60,083 bases of DNA from the NCBI GenBank assembly GCA_964535935.1, contig CAZHWM010000012.1, positions 131,232 to 191,314 of the forward strand, in the 5' to 3' direction. The notes below the pieces were generated by a model. The model ran no database searches and was not told the origin of the DNA. It worked only from the letters and a program-made list of their open reading frames with translations. Below are positions 19,490 to 31,195 of this stretch, in pieces (position 1 is the stretch's first letter; every line of letters starts with the position of its first letter). The position numbers were made by a program, and so were the translations under genes. The DNA is from an uncultured Planctomycetales bacterium. Lineage in GTDB: Bacteria > Omnitrophota > Gorgyraeia > Zapsychrales > Zapsychraceae.

Positions 19490-20905
19490 TTAATAACGAT
19501 AATGTTCTGGTTTATATGGTCCATCTATTGAGACTCCTATATATTCTGCCTGTTCTGGTGTCAGTCTGGTAAGTTTCACACCCAATTTTTCTAAATGTAA
19601 ACGTGCAACCTCTTCATCAAGATGTTTGGGTAGACGGTAGACACCTACATCATATTTTCTTCTCCACAACTCTATCTGCGCTAAAACCTGATTAGTAAAA
19701 GAGTTACTCATAACAAAAGATGGATGCCCTGTAGCACATCCGAGATTAACAAGTCTACCTTCAGCCAGTATGATAACAGAATGCCCATCAGAAAAATAAT
19801 ACTGATCTACCTGAGGTTTTATATTAATTTTTTTTATACCCGGCCATTTTTCAAGTCTTGATACCTGTATCTCATTATCAAAATGACCGATATTACAGAC
19901 TATACTTTTATCCTTCATTTTAGACATATGCTCTGCTGTTATAATATCTCTGTTCCCAGTAGCTGTAACATAGATGTCAGCCTCTTCAAGGCAGTCTTCA
20001 ACAGTTTTTATCTCAAAACCCTCCATAGCTGCCTGAAGAGCACATATAGGATCTATCTCTGTTATTATAACTCTTGCGCCATAACTACGCATAGATTTAG
20101 CACATCCCTTACCAACATCGCCATAACCGCATACAACAACTACCTTGCCTGCAATCATTATATCTGTGGCACGTTTAATACCGTCAGCTAATGACTCCCT
20201 GCATCCATATAGATTATCAAATTTTGATTTTGTCACTGAATCATTCACATTAAATGCAGGGAAAAGTAGTGTCTTATTGCTCATCCTTTGATATAGTCTA
20301 TGTACTCCCGTTGTGGTTTCTTCTGACACCCCCCGTATGTCTTTTACCATAGAATGCCATATCCCTGGGGATTCTGATAATGTTTCTTTTAAAGAGAAGA
20401 ATAATTCTTTTTCATCTTCTGCATCTGTATCCACATCCAAAATTGAAGAGTCGTTTTCTGCCTCATATCCTTTATGAACCATAAGAGTAGCATCTCCACC
20501 ATCATCTACAATTAGATTTGGTCCTTTGCCATCAGGAAAAATAAGGGCTCGTTTCAGACACCACCAGTATTCTTTAAGCGTCTCTGCTTTCCATGCAAAC
20601 ACAGGAACTCCTGATGCTGCAATAGCTGCTGCTGCATGGTCCTGTGTGGAAAAGATATTACAACTTGCCCATCTTACATCAGCACCCAACTCAACAAGGG
20701 TCTTTATAAGGACCGCGGTCTGTATGGTCATATGAAGTGAACCTGTTATTCGTGCCCCAGCTAAAGGTTTCTGGTCACGATATTTTTCCCTTAATGCCAT
20801 TAATCCTGGCATCTCCGATTCCGCCAACTCTATCTCTTTATTACCAAAACCTGCAAGAGACAAATCTTTGACCTTAAAGTCTTCTGACATTGTAACCTCG
20901 GGCAT
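19490..20905 (-). CDS. ahcY: Adenosylhomocysteinase (471 aa; start reassigned to the ATG at 20905)
   Basis: [81 protein letters not shown]; SD GGAGGT precedes the ATG at 20905. Confidence 0.96.
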   Translation of the reverse strand: MPEVTMSEDFKVKDLSLAGFGNKEIELAESEMPGLMALREKYRDQKPLAGARITGSLHMTIQTAVLIKTLVELGADVRWASCNIFSTQDHAAAAIAASGVPVFAWKAETLKEYWWCLKRALIFPDGKGPNLIVDDGGDATLMVHKGYEAENDSSILDVDTDAEDEKELFFSLKETLSESPGIWHSMVKDIRGVSEETTTGVHRLYQRMSNKTLLFPAFNVNDSVTKSKFDNLYGCRESLADGIKRATDIMIAGKVVVVCGYGDVGKGCAKSMRSYGARVIITEIDPICALQAAMEGFEIKTVEDCLEEADIYVTATGNRDIITAEHMSKMKDKSIVCNIGHFDNEIQVSRLEKWPGIKKINIKPQVDQYYFSDGHSVIILAEGRLVNLGCATGHPSFVMSNSFTNQVLAQIELWRRKYDVGVYRLPKHLDEEVARLHLEKLGVKLTRLTPEQAEYIGVSIDGPYKPEHYRY

Positions 20906-20976
20906 AATAATTACCTCCCCTGATATTGATGATATATGGGCTGAAACAAAAAATGTAAATACCGTTTTAATCTGAA

Positions 20977-22128
20977 CTAAGCATCCTTTTTTAATACACT
21001 TGCCTTGTCTGTTTTTTCCCATCGAAACTCTTTGCGGCCAAAATGACCATACACCGCTGTTTTCTCGTAATTGGGTTTTAGCAATTCTAATGTTTTAATA
21101 ATACCTTTAGGTGTAAGGTCAAAATGTTTACGCACCAGTTCTACCAATCGTTCATCTGAGACCTTGCCTGTCCCCATGGTATCAACCATAACACTCACTG
21201 GGTCAGCTCTACCTATTACATAACTTAACTGTATCAAACACCTCTTTGCAAGTTTAGCAGCAACTATATTTTTAGTGATATATCTAGCCATATACGTTGC
21301 AGACCTATCTACTTTTGTTGGATCCTTACCTGAAAATGCCCCACCACCATGGGAAACAATACCTCCATATGTATCCACAACTATCTTTCTTCCTGTAACT
21401 CCTGTATCAGACTGTGGACCACCAACAATAAATTTCCCTGTCTCATTCACATAATATTTAGTTTTCTTATCCGCCAAATCTCCAACTATAGGCAGAGCAA
21501 TATTTTTTATTATCTCTTCCCGTGCCTTCTTAGCAATCTTTTTCCCCGTTCTATCCAATATCTCTTCTGTATGCTGGCATGCTAATACAACTGCATCCAC
21601 TCTTATTGGTTGTTCGTCAATATATTCTACAGAAACTTGACTTTTACAATCCGGCCCCAAATAATTAAGTAAGCCTTTTGTCCGCACTTCTTCTACCCGC
21701 TTAACCAATTTATGTGCCAACATTATAGGAAGGGGCATCAACTCTGGGGTCTCATCACAGGCATAACCAAACATTATACCCTGATCCCCTGCACCACCAG
21801 CATCGACCCCCTGAGCTATGTCAGGAGATTGAGCGTTAATAGCGTTTAATATAGAACAGACATTGGCATCGAATCCATATTTAGGATGAGTATATCCTAT
21901 ATCACGCAATACTCTACGTACTAATTTATGTATGTCAACATATGTATGTGTAGTTATCTCTCCACCAACAATAACCAATCCCATAGAAATAAATGTTTCG
22001 CAGGCCACACGTCCCTTAGGATCGTTTTTTAAAACAGCATCCAAGACTGCATCAGATATCTGATCACAAACTTTATCAGGATGACCTCTACCAACAGATT
22101 CTGATGAGATAAAATGTTTCCCTTTCAT
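20977..22128 (-). CDS. metK: Methionine adenosyltransferase
   Basis: [62 protein letters not shown]. Confidence 0.97.
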   Translation of the reverse strand: MKGKHFISSESVGRGHPDKVCDQISDAVLDAVLKNDPKGRVACETFISMGLVIVGGEITTHTYVDIHKLVRRVLRDIGYTHPKYGFDANVCSILNAINAQSPDIAQGVDAGGAGDQGIMFGYACDETPELMPLPIMLAHKLVKRVEEVRTKGLLNYLGPDCKSQVSVEYIDEQPIRVDAVVLACQHTEEILDRTGKKIAKKAREEIIKNIALPIVGDLADKKTKYYVNETGKFIVGGPQSDTGVTGRKIVVDTYGGIVSHGGGAFSGKDPTKVDRSATYMARYITKNIVAAKLAKRCLIQLSYVIGRADPVSVMVDTMGTGKVSDERLVELVRKHFDLTPKGIIKTLELLKPNYEKTAVYGHFGRKEFRWEKTDKASVLKKDA

Positions 22129-22175
22129 TTTTACCTATCCTTTCATTGATATCCCTTATGTAATAATCTTATTAT

Positions 22176-22925
22176 TTATTTAAAGTTCATTTGGGCCTCT
22201 CTATATGCCTCTATACTTCCAATATCATACCAAGTCCCAGAAAATTTAAATCCATATACATCTGTTTTACCTATCAACCATTTTATATAATCACCTGCCT
22301 TATCAGACTTTTTAGACTCCCTAAGATATTCTGATACCATACCCAGAGAACTCCTAGGGAAATAGTAAAAACACATAGCAATCAAACTCGATGCAGGAGA
22401 AGAAGGTTTTTCTTCAAAAGATAATATTTTATTATTTCCATTTACGAGAACAACTCCAAATTTTTTAGCCTCTTTAATATTTCCAATATCATATACACCT
22501 ATAGTAACAGCAGGTGATTTATCCACCGCAAATAATATATATTCCTGAACATTAAAATTAAACAGATTATCCCCTCCTACAACCAAAAGATCATCATTAA
22601 TAGTCATATTATTGAGAACAAAATCTATATCACCTATTGACCCTAATCTATCCTCTGGAGTATTTGTTCCATCATTAACAATTTTAATATCAGGAAAAAC
22701 AGATACAGACCTCAAATCTAATGCCCATTTTTCAAATATTCTATAAAATTTATTATTAGTAACTACTATAATCTCATTCAATGTATTAAGAGTCATCAAT
22801 TTCTCTATTATATAATTTAATAAAGGTCTACCATTAATATCTAAAAGTGCTTTGGGGGTATCTTTTATAATAGGATAAAGCCTTGTCCCATAACCTGCAG
22901 CTAAAACTAATGCCTTCATTTTCAT
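22176..22925 (-). CDS. Sugar-phosphate nucleotidyltransferase family protein
   Basis: LAAGYGTRL..PKALL signature, GGDN, FEEKP, WYDIGS; no hexapeptide C-terminal domain. Confidence 0.85.
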   Translation of the reverse strand: MKMKALVLAAGYGTRLYPIIKDTPKALLDINGRPLLNYIIEKLMTLNTLNEIIVVTNNKFYRIFEKWALDLRSVSVFPDIKIVNDGTNTPEDRLGSIGDIDFVLNNMTINDDLLVVGGDNLFNFNVQEYILFAVDKSPAVTIGVYDIGNIKEAKKFGVVLVNGNNKILSFEEKPSSPASSLIAMCFYYFPRSSLGMVSEYLRESKKSDKAGDYIKWLIGKTDVYGFKFSGTWYDIGSIEAYREAQMNFK

Positions 22926-23059
22926 TTCCCTATATTTATAAATAAGTTAACTATTATTTATAAATTTATAATAATTTCAAATAAAGAGTTAAAATACTTT
23001 TTTAACATAAATTACAACTTAACGGAAGAATTATTTTGAAAAATTAACATTTTGATACG

Positions 23060-24826
23060 CTATTTAACTGGATCCAATACTTCTGGGACAAGCTTCTGTA
23101 ACATGCTTCTACTTAACTTTTCTATTTCTCTACTCGTAGCGATGGATAGGACCTTATCTGCTAATTTTCTAGCATCCCTAAAAGTTACCGAACGGATCAC
23201 TTTTTTTATCTGTAGGATATTTATCGAAGACATGCTAAATTCATCTAATTCTAAACCTAATAAAATAAAAGCTAATATAGGATCAGCCGCCATTTCTCCA
23301 CACATTCCTACCTTAATCCCTTTTTTATGAGCAGCATCTATCGTGCGTTTTATTAGCCTCAATATAGCCGGATGGGCTGGTTCGTATAAATCTGCTGTCT
23401 GTTCATTAACTCTATCAATTGCCAGAGTATATTGAACTAAATCGTTAGTCCCTATGCTAAAAAATTGTGCCTGTTCTGCAAGCATATCTGATGTCATGGC
23501 CGCAGATGGCAATTCTATCATTACCCCAACATCAATATCTTCATCGAATAGGATTTTATCTTTTTTTAAACTTTTCTTAACCTCCTCTAATATGGCATTA
23601 GCTTTAGACAAGTCTTCAGGACCTGATATCATAGGATACATCAACTTTATTTTACCATAGGCAGAAGCTCTTAATATTGCTCGTAATTGGGTCTTAAATA
23701 TATCGGGTCTTGCAAGACAAAATCTGATAGCCCTCCAACCTAAAAAAGGATACATATCTTTAGGAATTTGTAAACTTGATATAAATTTATCTCCTCCGAG
23801 ATCAAGAGTTCTTATGGTAACAGAACGGGGAGAAACTGCCTCAGCGACCTGTTTATATGCTTTAAATTGTTCTTCTTCCGAAGGAAGATCTACCCTATTC
23901 ATATAAAAATATTCTGTTCTATACAATCCAATACCATCAGCCCCTAAATTTAATATAGCAGGAATCTCCTCAGGCAACTCTAAATTTGCTAATAATAAAA
24001 CCTCTCTATCATCTTTTGTCTTTGCAGGAAGATTTTTTATATCATCAAACTGTCCTATAAAACGAGTAATTTTGTCCTGTTCTTTACGATAAATCCTAAT
24101 AGTTTGTTTTTTAGGGTTTATAATAACTATACCTTTATGTCCATCGACTATAAGATAATCTTGATTTGTTATCCGTAGAGTAGCATCTTTTAGCCCTACA
24201 ACGGCAGGTACGCCAAGCGACTTGGCCATAATAGCTGTATGTGACGTCCTGCCACCTGTATCTGTCACAAAAGCAATAATATTTTTATTAAACATACTTG
24301 CAGTATCAGATGGAGAAAGATCATGACTCACAATGATAATACTCTCTGTCAAATTATCAAATTCATGTAACTTAACCTCTCCAACTAAATTTTTTATAAC
24401 ACGGCGCCCAACATCATCGATATCTCCAACTCTTTCTCTGAGATATTCATCTTCTATATTAGCGAATATCTTCACATATTTTTTTAACACTTCTGAGAAA
24501 ACATACTCAGCAGATAATTTATCTTGTTTTATCCTTTTTATTACCTCCTCAACCAATGTTCTATCTTCTAATACCAAAAGATGGGCATCAAACAACTGTG
24601 CATGCTCGTGTTCTATAGTAGAACTTATTTTCTTTTTGATACTTAATATTTCTTCCCTTGTCTTAATCAAAGCCTCTTCAAAACGAGCGATCTCTATTGG
24701 GACCTCCTGCTCCATTATCGCCCTTGGGGCAATTACAAAATCCTGCTTATCTAATATAAAAGCAGAGCCAAATGCTATACCGGGGGCAGCAGGTATTCCT
24801 TTTAATGTCATCTCATTCATTAACAT
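23060..24826 (-). CDS. ptsI: PTS enzyme I (phosphoenolpyruvate-protein phosphotransferase)
   Basis: [11 protein letters not shown] (phospho-His), [20 protein letters not shown]-like [26 protein letters not shown]; no N-terminal GAF domain. Confidence 0.95.
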   Translation of the reverse strand: MLMNEMTLKGIPAAPGIAFGSAFILDKQDFVIAPRAIMEQEVPIEIARFEEALIKTREEILSIKKKISSTIEHEHAQLFDAHLLVLEDRTLVEEVIKRIKQDKLSAEYVFSEVLKKYVKIFANIEDEYLRERVGDIDDVGRRVIKNLVGEVKLHEFDNLTESIIIVSHDLSPSDTASMFNKNIIAFVTDTGGRTSHTAIMAKSLGVPAVVGLKDATLRITNQDYLIVDGHKGIVIINPKKQTIRIYRKEQDKITRFIGQFDDIKNLPAKTKDDREVLLLANLELPEEIPAILNLGADGIGLYRTEYFYMNRVDLPSEEEQFKAYKQVAEAVSPRSVTIRTLDLGGDKFISSLQIPKDMYPFLGWRAIRFCLARPDIFKTQLRAILRASAYGKIKLMYPMISGPEDLSKANAILEEVKKSLKKDKILFDEDIDVGVMIELPSAAMTSDMLAEQAQFFSIGTNDLVQYTLAIDRVNEQTADLYEPAHPAILRLIKRTIDAAHKKGIKVGMCGEMAADPILAFILLGLELDEFSMSSINILQIKKVIRSVTFRDARKLADKVLSIATSREIEKLSRSMLQKLVPEVLDPVK

Positions 24827-25088
24827 CTTCTTCCTTTGACAATAATTGTTCTAACTCTTGAATTACCTTTTCAGCATCTTCTCCATTGACCTCAACCTCT
24901 ATCTCTGAGTCTTTTTGTGCACCAAGTGTCAATATCCCCATTATAGACCTACCATTAACCTTAACCCCATCTTTGTTAACAGATACATTAGAATTATATT
25001 TAGAAACTATACGCACAAACATAGCTGCTGGTCTGGCGTGAAGACCTTGAGGATTCTTAACAATGAATTTTCTTTTAATATCAGGCAT
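24813..25088 (-). CDS. ptsH: HPr phosphocarrier protein
   Basis: GLHARPAA (His15) and NGRSIMG (Ser46). Confidence 0.95.
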   Translation of the reverse strand: MPDIKRKFIVKNPQGLHARPAAMFVRIVSKYNSNVSVNKDGVKVNGRSIMGILTLGAQKDSEIEVEVNGEDAEKVIQELEQLLSKEEDVNE

Positions 25089-25125
25089 AATCCTTATTTT
25101 TTCTCAAATAAAACTTATTAAATAT

Positions 25126-26370
25126 TTATCTTCGTATAACTCTATATGACTCAATTAATCTTATCAATTCTTTGTTTAACTTATCAGAATCATGCCTTAC
25201 ATAGTCTGTTACTCCCAACAAATCAGTAGCCACAACTTTATATCCCATCACCTTAATTTTATCTATATCAGGCTCCACAGGAAATGACTTTTCTTCTTTA
25301 TATCTCTCCAAAGCTTTGGGGTCTGCGATAGCATTATTAATAAGGCACGCATCTATGACAAATTTATTAGAATGCTCAATGATAGCCTTAACATGATCAC
25401 TTGCCGAATATCCATCTGTTTCTCCATGCTGGGTCATGACATTACATATATAAATTTTAAAAGCAGAAGACTTTGATATAGCATCACTCATACCTTTAAT
25501 AATAAGATTAGGAATTACACTCGTATATAAACTACCGGGACCTAAAATAATAATATCTGCCTCTGCTATTGCTTCCAATGCATCCTGAGTAGGATAAGCC
25601 TCTTCCTCACTCAAATAAACCCTCTTTATTCGTCTTCCCGGACTAGGTATTTTATCCTCTCCTGTAGTTTTGGTGCCATCTTCGTATTCTGCAATAAGAT
25701 GCAAATTACTTACTGTAGAAGGGACCACTTTCCCTCTGATAGCTAATACTTTACTTGTTTCTTTTACTGCTCTTTCAAAATCTCCATCAGTAAGCTGGGT
25801 CATTGCAGTCAAAAAAAGATTACCAAAATTATGACCTCTTAGTTCCGAGTCTTTGGAAAACCTAAATTGGAAAAGTTCTCCCATCAAAGCAGGTGCGTCA
25901 GCTAATGCAACAAGACAATTTCTTATATCTCCTGGCGCAACTATATTGAACTCTTCCCTTAACCGACCAGATGAACCACCACTATCAGCTACCGTAACCA
26001 CAGCTGTTATATTGGCAGTATACTCTTTTAAACCAAATATAAGATGTGAAAGACCATGCCCCCCACCAATAGTTACTATTTTGGGGCCACGTTCAAGATA
26101 TCTTTTTTGATATAATATATTAACTAATTCCCTCTCTCCCTTTGGAAGAAATAAAGTTATCAGAGAAACTATCATCTTACCCATACCTATAACAATCAAC
26201 ACCATCCCACACAATATCCACACTATGCCTGAAATACTCACAAATGTATCTTTTTGGGCTGTCAAAACAGCTCCTATACTTACTACAAGTATTCCAAAAA
26301 GAGATGTAAATATCCATCTCTTTATCTTCATTCCACGATATAACCATTTAAAAGGATTTCCTGAAGACAT
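25126..26370 (-). CDS. yvcK: Uridine diphosphate-N-acetylglucosamine-binding protein YvcK/GlmR with N-terminal membrane helices
   Basis: IGGGHGL, VTVADSGGSSGRLR, PGDIRNCL, GHNFGNL, GPGSLYTSVIPNL, NVMTQ.GET; two hydrophobic segments at the N-terminus. Confidence 0.92.
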   Translation of the reverse strand: MSSGNPFKWLYRGMKIKRWIFTSLFGILVVSIGAVLTAQKDTFVSISGIVWILCGMVLIVIGMGKMIVSLITLFLPKGERELVNILYQKRYLERGPKIVTIGGGHGLSHLIFGLKEYTANITAVVTVADSGGSSGRLREEFNIVAPGDIRNCLVALADAPALMGELFQFRFSKDSELRGHNFGNLFLTAMTQLTDGDFERAVKETSKVLAIRGKVVPSTVSNLHLIAEYEDGTKTTGEDKIPSPGRRIKRVYLSEEEAYPTQDALEAIAEADIIILGPGSLYTSVIPNLIIKGMSDAISKSSAFKIYICNVMTQHGETDGYSASDHVKAIIEHSNKFVIDACLINNAIADPKALERYKEEKSFPVEPDIDKIKVMGYKVVATDLLGVTDYVRHDSDKLNKELIRLIESYRVIRR

Positions 26371-26375
26371 AGGAT

Positions 26376-26852
26376 TTATAATTTTGATATACGTTCATCT
26401 TCATGTTGGATTATTTTTAATGCCATCTTTTCATCCTCTGCTCCCTTAAGACTTTCTCTTACAAATTTATCTTTAAGTAACCTGGAAATCTTGGCTAAGG
26501 CCTTGAGATGTGGCCCAGCAGAATCTACAGGAGCTACTAACAAAAAGAATATGTATGCAGCTTCTCCATCTAATGAATCAAAATCTATACCTTTCTTACT
26601 TACACCAAAACAACATACCATCTTCTTTATACAATCACATTTACCATGCGGTATAGCTATCCCCTGTCCTATCGCAGTAGATCCTAAAGCCTCTCTTGCC
26701 ATCAGAACCTCAAAAATTTTTTTCTTTTTCCTTCTATCTACCGCCCCTGCCTTAATTAAAAGATCTATTAATTCAAGTATTATATCCTCCTTCGTTTCAC
26801 TCTTAAGATCAACACATACTGCTTTTGAACAAAGAAAATCACAGATTTTCAT
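26376..26852 (-). CDS. ptsN: PTS IIA component (Ntr/fructose type)
   Basis: REALGSTAIGQGIAIPH (phospho-His), FDSLDG, HLKALAKISR; stand-alone IIA with no IIB/IIC nearby. Confidence 0.88.
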   Translation of the reverse strand: MKICDFLCSKAVCVDLKSETKEDIILELIDLLIKAGAVDRRKKKKIFEVLMAREALGSTAIGQGIAIPHGKCDCIKKMVCCFGVSKKGIDFDSLDGEAAYIFFLLVAPVDSAGPHLKALAKISRLLKDKFVRESLKGAEDEKMALKIIQHEDERISKL

Positions 26853-26990
26853 TAATATTTCCTCCTATCTCCAATACATCTTGATTAATTTATCCTATAT
26901 ATCAACATTAAAAATGGAAACTTTGAAAATTTACTACTTTTATATTATATCTTTTCTAGTAAAATTCTAAAAATGTCCTTGTAGAATAAA

Positions 26991-27023
26991 ACCCCGTTAA
27001 AAGAATAGAATCTCTAACGGGGT
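26991..27023 (-). terminator. Rho-independent terminator downstream of the tRNA Lys-Leu-Gly run
   Basis: Minus strand ACCCCGTTA-15 nt-TAACGGGGT followed by TTTATTCT; about 65 bp after tRNA-Gly. Confidence 0.65.
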
Positions 27024-27087
27024 CATAAACCTTTTATATTAATATTATTTTATTATTTAGCATATTTTAAATTAATATAAAAATAAA

Positions 27088-27161
27088 AGCGGCGGATGGG
27101 ACTCGAACCCACGACATCCACCTTGGCAAGGTGGCATTCTAGCCAACTGAATTACCGCCGC
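27088..27161 (-). tRNA. tRNA-Gly(GCC)
   Basis: GCGGCGG acceptor stem, anticodon arm CCACC-TTGCCAA-GGTGG, T arm GTGGG-TTCGAGT-CCCAT; CCA not encoded. Confidence 0.96.
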
Positions 27162-27217
27162 ATTTAATAAAATTATATCATATTATAGAAAGGAAACAAT
27201 TTTTACTGAATGTAATA

Positions 27218-27299
27218 TGGGCGGAAGAGGACTTGAACCTCCATGGGTTTCCCCACTAGTTCCTAAGACTAGCGCGTCTACCAATTCCGCCATCCGCCC
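27218..27299 (-). tRNA. tRNA-Leu(TAG)
   Basis: GGGCGGA stem, CTAGT-CTTAGGA-ACTAG anticodon arm, long variable arm, GGAGG-TTCAAGT-CCTCT; CCA not encoded. Confidence 0.96.
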
Positions 27300-27338
27300 T
27301 CTTTATAGGGCTACATATACATTGTCCTAAAATATATA

Positions 27339-27411
27339 TGACCCACCCGCGACTCGAACGCGGCACACCAGCCTTAAAAGGGCTGTGCTCTACCGGATGA
27401 GCTAGTGGGTC
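27339..27411 (-). tRNA. tRNA-Lys(TTT)
   Basis: GACCCAC stem, CAGCC-CTTTTAA-GGCTG anticodon arm, CCGCG-TTCGAGT-CGCGG; CCA not encoded. Confidence 0.96.
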
Positions 27412-27424
27412 AAAAATTTTTACT

Positions 27425-27991
27425 CTATTTAATAAATTCTAATAAAGAATTAATTTTATTCTCTAACAATACATCTATCTCTTTAATATATTTATCCACC
27501 AATTTCTGCACCTCTTCATGTGCCTTAAATATATCATCTTCCGATGCCTCTTTATTTGCTTGCATCTTTTTCAACTTTTCATTCGCATCCCTTCTAATAG
27601 TTCTCAAAGAAATTCGACTTTTCTCTGCCATATCCTTTACAACCTTTTTTAATTCCTGCCTCCTTTCTTCAGATAAAGGGGGAACATTTATCCGTACAAT
27701 TTTACCATCATTAGAACAAGAAACTCCCATATTGGCTTTATTAATAGCTTTTTCAATTTCTGGTATAGCATTAGCATCCCATGGCTGAACAACTATAGTT
27801 CTTGGATCTGGCACAGATATAGAAGCCAATTGCTTTAATAATGTAAGTGTCCCGAAATAATCAATATGCAATCCCTCTATAAGACCAGGATGAGCACGAC
27901 CAGTTCTTACTTCAGAAAATTCCCGATTAGCAGCCTCTACTGTTTTTTTCATCTTATTTTCTGTTTCTTTTAATATTTCTTTTACTATCAT
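27425..27991 (-). CDS. frr: Ribosome recycling factor
   Basis: VRTGRAHP, DYFGT..LKQLA, VQPWD, DGKIVRINVPPLSEERR, IRRDAN. Confidence 0.96.
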   Translation of the reverse strand: MIVKEILKETENKMKKTVEAANREFSEVRTGRAHPGLIEGLHIDYFGTLTLLKQLASISVPDPRTIVVQPWDANAIPEIEKAINKANMGVSCSNDGKIVRINVPPLSEERRQELKKVVKDMAEKSRISLRTIRRDANEKLKKMQANKEASEDDIFKAHEEVQKLVDKYIKEIDVLLENKINSLLEFIK

Positions 27992-28033
27992 AAGTATCCC
28001 CCGAATAAAAGGAAAGATATTAATTTATTGCTA

Positions 28034-28762
28034 TCAAGTTACAACCGTCCCTAAATTTTCTCCTAACACAGCTTTTTTTATATTCCCAGGTTCCATAAGA
28101 TTAAATACAATTATAGGAAGTTTATTATCCATACACATACTTATTGCTGTAGAGTCCATTACCTTTAAGTTATTCTTCAATACATCAATAAATTTTAATT
28201 TTGTATATTTCTTGGCAGATTTATTCTTCATGGGGTCATCAGAATAAACTCCATCTACTTTTGTTGCCTTCAAAATAACATCAGCATCAATCTCATTAGC
28301 TCTTAATGCCGCTGCTGTATCTGTTGTAAAATAAGGATTACCTGTCCCTGCAACAAATATAACCACCCTACCTTTTTGCAAATGTCTTAATGCCCTCCTG
28401 CGAATATACGGTTCTGCTACTGCTGACATCTGTATAGCACTCATTACCCTTGAAGGCACTCCTGCTTTTTCCAGAGCATTCTGTAAAGCTAAACCATTTA
28501 AAACTGTTGCCAACATTCCCATATAATCAGCAACCGAGCGATCCAACCCAAAACGTTTTGACTCTACCTGACCACGAAAAATATTTCCCCCTCCAACGAC
28601 TAAGGCTACTTTAATACCCAAATCACAAATTTCTTTTATCTGGGATGCAAATGACGCACATATCTCTGCATCGATACCATGTTCTTGTTTCCCCAAAAGC
28701 GCCTCACCGCTCAATTTGAGAAGTACACACTTATATACAGGTTTATTCTCTTTAGCTTTCAT
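28034..28762 (-). CDS. pyrH: UMP kinase
   Basis: [53 protein letters not shown]. Confidence 0.97.
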   Translation of the reverse strand: MKAKENKPVYKCVLLKLSGEALLGKQEHGIDAEICASFASQIKEICDLGIKVALVVGGGNIFRGQVESKRFGLDRSVADYMGMLATVLNGLALQNALEKAGVPSRVMSAIQMSAVAEPYIRRRALRHLQKGRVVIFVAGTGNPYFTTDTAAALRANEIDADVILKATKVDGVYSDDPMKNKSAKKYTKLKFIDVLKNNLKVMDSTAISMCMDNKLPIIVFNLMEPGNIKKAVLGENLGTVVT

Positions 28763-29279
28763 TTACCTTATATCTTACAAAACGCTTTATAGAAATATTT
28801 TCCCCAATACTAGAAATCAAAGAATTTATATATTCTTGTATAGTAATCTTAGGATCTCTGACAAAAGGTTGCATAAGAAGACATTTTTCCTTTACAAAAC
28901 TCTCTTTATCTTCTACATTTTTTAGTAAATCTTCAGGGATATCTTCCTCTTTTAAATATTCTGGATTCATCGCGGCAACATGCATAGCTACATCTTTTGT
29001 AAATTTACAAAATTCATCCATTTTTGCCACAAAATCCGTCTCGCAATTTGCCTCAAGTAAGACTCCTATCTTAGCACCTGGATGTACGTAAGACTCTATT
29101 CTCCCTTCAGCCGTGGTCCGACCTTCTTTTTTTGCAGCGATTTCAAGTCCTCTACGTTTTAAAACCTCTTTTGCCTTTTCAATATCTCCATTTGCTTCTT
29201 CAAGTGCCTTTTTACATTCTATGACTCCACAAGAAGTTAATTCCCTTAATTCTTTTATTCTCTCAACTGTTATCTCCAT
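28752..29279 (-). CDS. tsf: Elongation factor Ts, short single-core form (175 aa)
   Basis: [54 protein letters not shown]; in the rpsB-tsf-pyrH-frr order. Confidence 0.95.
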   Translation of the reverse strand: MEITVERIKELRELTSCGVIECKKALEEANGDIEKAKEVLKRRGLEIAAKKEGRTTAEGRIESYVHPGAKIGVLLEANCETDFVAKMDEFCKFTKDVAMHVAAMNPEYLKEEDIPEDLLKNVEDKESFVKEKCLLMQPFVRDPKITIQEYINSLISSIGENISIKRFVRYKVNES

Positions 29280-29330
29280 AATAATATTATCTCCTCTATA
29301 TTTGATTTATATACTCTCTTCCTCATTTTC

Positions 29331-30149
29331 CTATGAATTAGCAGCTTTAGGACGGCCCTCTTCCTTGTCGGAGGCCTCAGATTCTAATTTATTCCCCTTT
29401 TCTAAATCCATAGTCTCAGCAACTGTAGCTGAAGACTCCGTGTTTTCTTGGTTACTATTACCTAATATATATTCTTTCCTGCCTTCTATGATACTGTCCG
29501 CAACAAGAGAAGTAATGAAACGTATTGATTTTAAGGCATCATCATTGCCGGGTATAGGATAAGTAATAGGATCCGGGTCACAATTTGTATCCACCAAAGC
29601 AACAATAGGGATATTTAATCTAACTGCCTCTTTGACTGCTATTTCTTCTTTTTTAGTATCAACAATAAATACCGCCTCTGGCAAATCCCTCATCTCTCGA
29701 ATGCCGCCCAAATCTCTAAGTAGCTTTTCTTTTTCTTTCGAAAGTCTAGCAAGTTCTTTCTTCTTAAGATTCTGCCACGTTCCGTCTTTCTCCATTTCTT
29801 CTATCTGATTTAAACGCGCTATAGACTTGCGTACAGTTTGAAAATTTGTTAGAAGACCTCCTGGCCATCTATTCTTCACATAAAACATCTCTGATCTTAT
29901 CGATTCCTCTTCTATAATAACCTGCGCCTGTTTTTTGGTTCCTATAAAAAGAACCCTCCCACCTTTAGATGCCAATTCATGTATGAAATCCCTGGCTTTT
30001 TCCAAACAGACAACAGTCTTCTCCAGATCGATAATATAAATTCCACTTCTCTGGCCAAAAATAAATTTTTTCATCTTGGGATTCCATCTTTTTGTTTGAT
30101 GACCAAAATGGACCCCTGATTCCAATAACTTTTTAATCAACTCTTTCAA
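29331..30149 (-). CDS. rpsB: 30S ribosomal protein S2
   Basis: LLESGVHFGHQTKRWNPKM, FIGTKKQA, RWPGGLLTNF, DTNCDPD, PGNDDA; TTG start with a GGAGG SD. Confidence 0.97.
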   Translation of the reverse strand: MKELIKKLLESGVHFGHQTKRWNPKMKKFIFGQRSGIYIIDLEKTVVCLEKARDFIHELASKGGRVLFIGTKKQAQVIIEEESIRSEMFYVKNRWPGGLLTNFQTVRKSIARLNQIEEMEKDGTWQNLKKKELARLSKEKEKLLRDLGGIREMRDLPEAVFIVDTKKEEIAVKEAVRLNIPIVALVDTNCDPDPITYPIPGNDDALKSIRFITSLVADSIIEGRKEYILGNSNQENTESSATVAETMDLEKGNKLESEASDKEEGRPKAANS

Positions 30150-30222
30150 TCAAATCCCTCCATTCTCAGATTATTAATAACTCTCTAAAAATTTAACTCA
30201 TAATTTTTAAAATTTGTGTGAT

Positions 30223-30251
30223 AGTATAACTAATAATTTAAAATTTTTCAA
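30223..30251 (-). promoter_or_regulatory. Putative sigma70 promoter of rpsB-tsf-pyrH-frr
   Basis: Minus strand TTGAAA-17 nt-TATACT, about 75 bp upstream of rpsB. Confidence 0.6.
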
Positions 30252-30347
30252 CTATTATTTATATTTCTATTAATCTCTTCTAATTTTACACCCTTACAAT
30301 TACAATTGCATAAAAATTATTAAGCTAATAAATTTCCAAAACACATC

Positions 30348-31067
30348 TTATAAAAGATAATCTTCTTTTATATTTTTTAGACTCCTAAAAATATTTATCT
30401 TTACTGCGGGATTAATCTTTCCGATATCTGAAATAATTCTCTTTACCATTTCCCTCTTTGAACTACTCTTATTAGGACAATCAAATTCATCTATTTTATC
30501 AAATCCTTCCTTTTGTGCCATTCGCATAATTTGTTCCTCTGTTTCATATGCTAATGGCCGAATAATTGTTATTTTCCCTCCAAACAATTCCTGTTTAGGT
30601 TTCATGGCCCCTATCTCTGCATTAAAAAACATATTCAAAAGAATCGTTTCTACAATATCGTCCATATGATGAGCTAAGGCTATTTTATTAAAACCTAATT
30701 TAGCTGCTATCTCAAAAAGTGCCTTCCTACGATTCCACGAACACCAAAAACAATTAGTATTTTCCATATTAGGCTCTTTAAGAAAATCTATCTTCTCTAC
30801 AATATATTTTATCTTTTTCTCTTGAAAATATTCTATAAGTCTCTTGGTGGGGAATCCCGGCAAGCCATAATCAATATGAACTGCTAATAATTCAACATTA
30901 ATAGGTATAAAGCTCTGCCTATATAACATAACATTAAGCAATGCAAGGCTATCCTTCCCCCCTGATACAGCAATAATAACTTTATCATTGTCCTGCAACA
31001 TATCATAATCTGCTATAGCTTTACCCATACGTTTAGAGATAGATACAACTATATTACTCACAGACAT
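30348..31067 (-). CDS. ttcA: tRNA 2-thiocytidine(32) synthetase TtcA family
   Basis: VSGGKDS PP-loop, CFWCSWNRR, AHHMDD..ET, IIRPL, CP. Confidence 0.85.
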   Translation of the reverse strand: MSVSNIVVSISKRMGKAIADYDMLQDNDKVIIAVSGGKDSLALLNVMLYRQSFIPINVELLAVHIDYGLPGFPTKRLIEYFQEKKIKYIVEKIDFLKEPNMENTNCFWCSWNRRKALFEIAAKLGFNKIALAHHMDDIVETILLNMFFNAEIGAMKPKQELFGGKITIIRPLAYETEEQIMRMAQKEGFDKIDEFDCPNKSSSKREMVKRIISDIGKINPAVKINIFRSLKNIKEDYLL

Positions 31068-31195
31068 TCTTTGTTCACTCCTAAATTATTATATTTCAGG
31101 ATATCTGGCACTGCTTTTTATTTAAATATTTATTATCCCTTCACCTATACAAATAGTGAAAAATTTATAAAAAATATATCTAAATATTTTAAATT

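Noticed and set aside
20906-21022. 39-aa N-terminal extension of the ahcY ORF overlapping metK
   Set aside because: A clear GGAGGT SD precedes the ATG at 20905 and AhcY homology starts there; the extension is an ORF-caller artefact.
20906-22175. SAM/SAH riboswitch around metK-ahcY
   Set aside because: The spacers (71 bp before ahcY, 47 bp before metK) are short and AT-rich, with no recognisable riboswitch helices.
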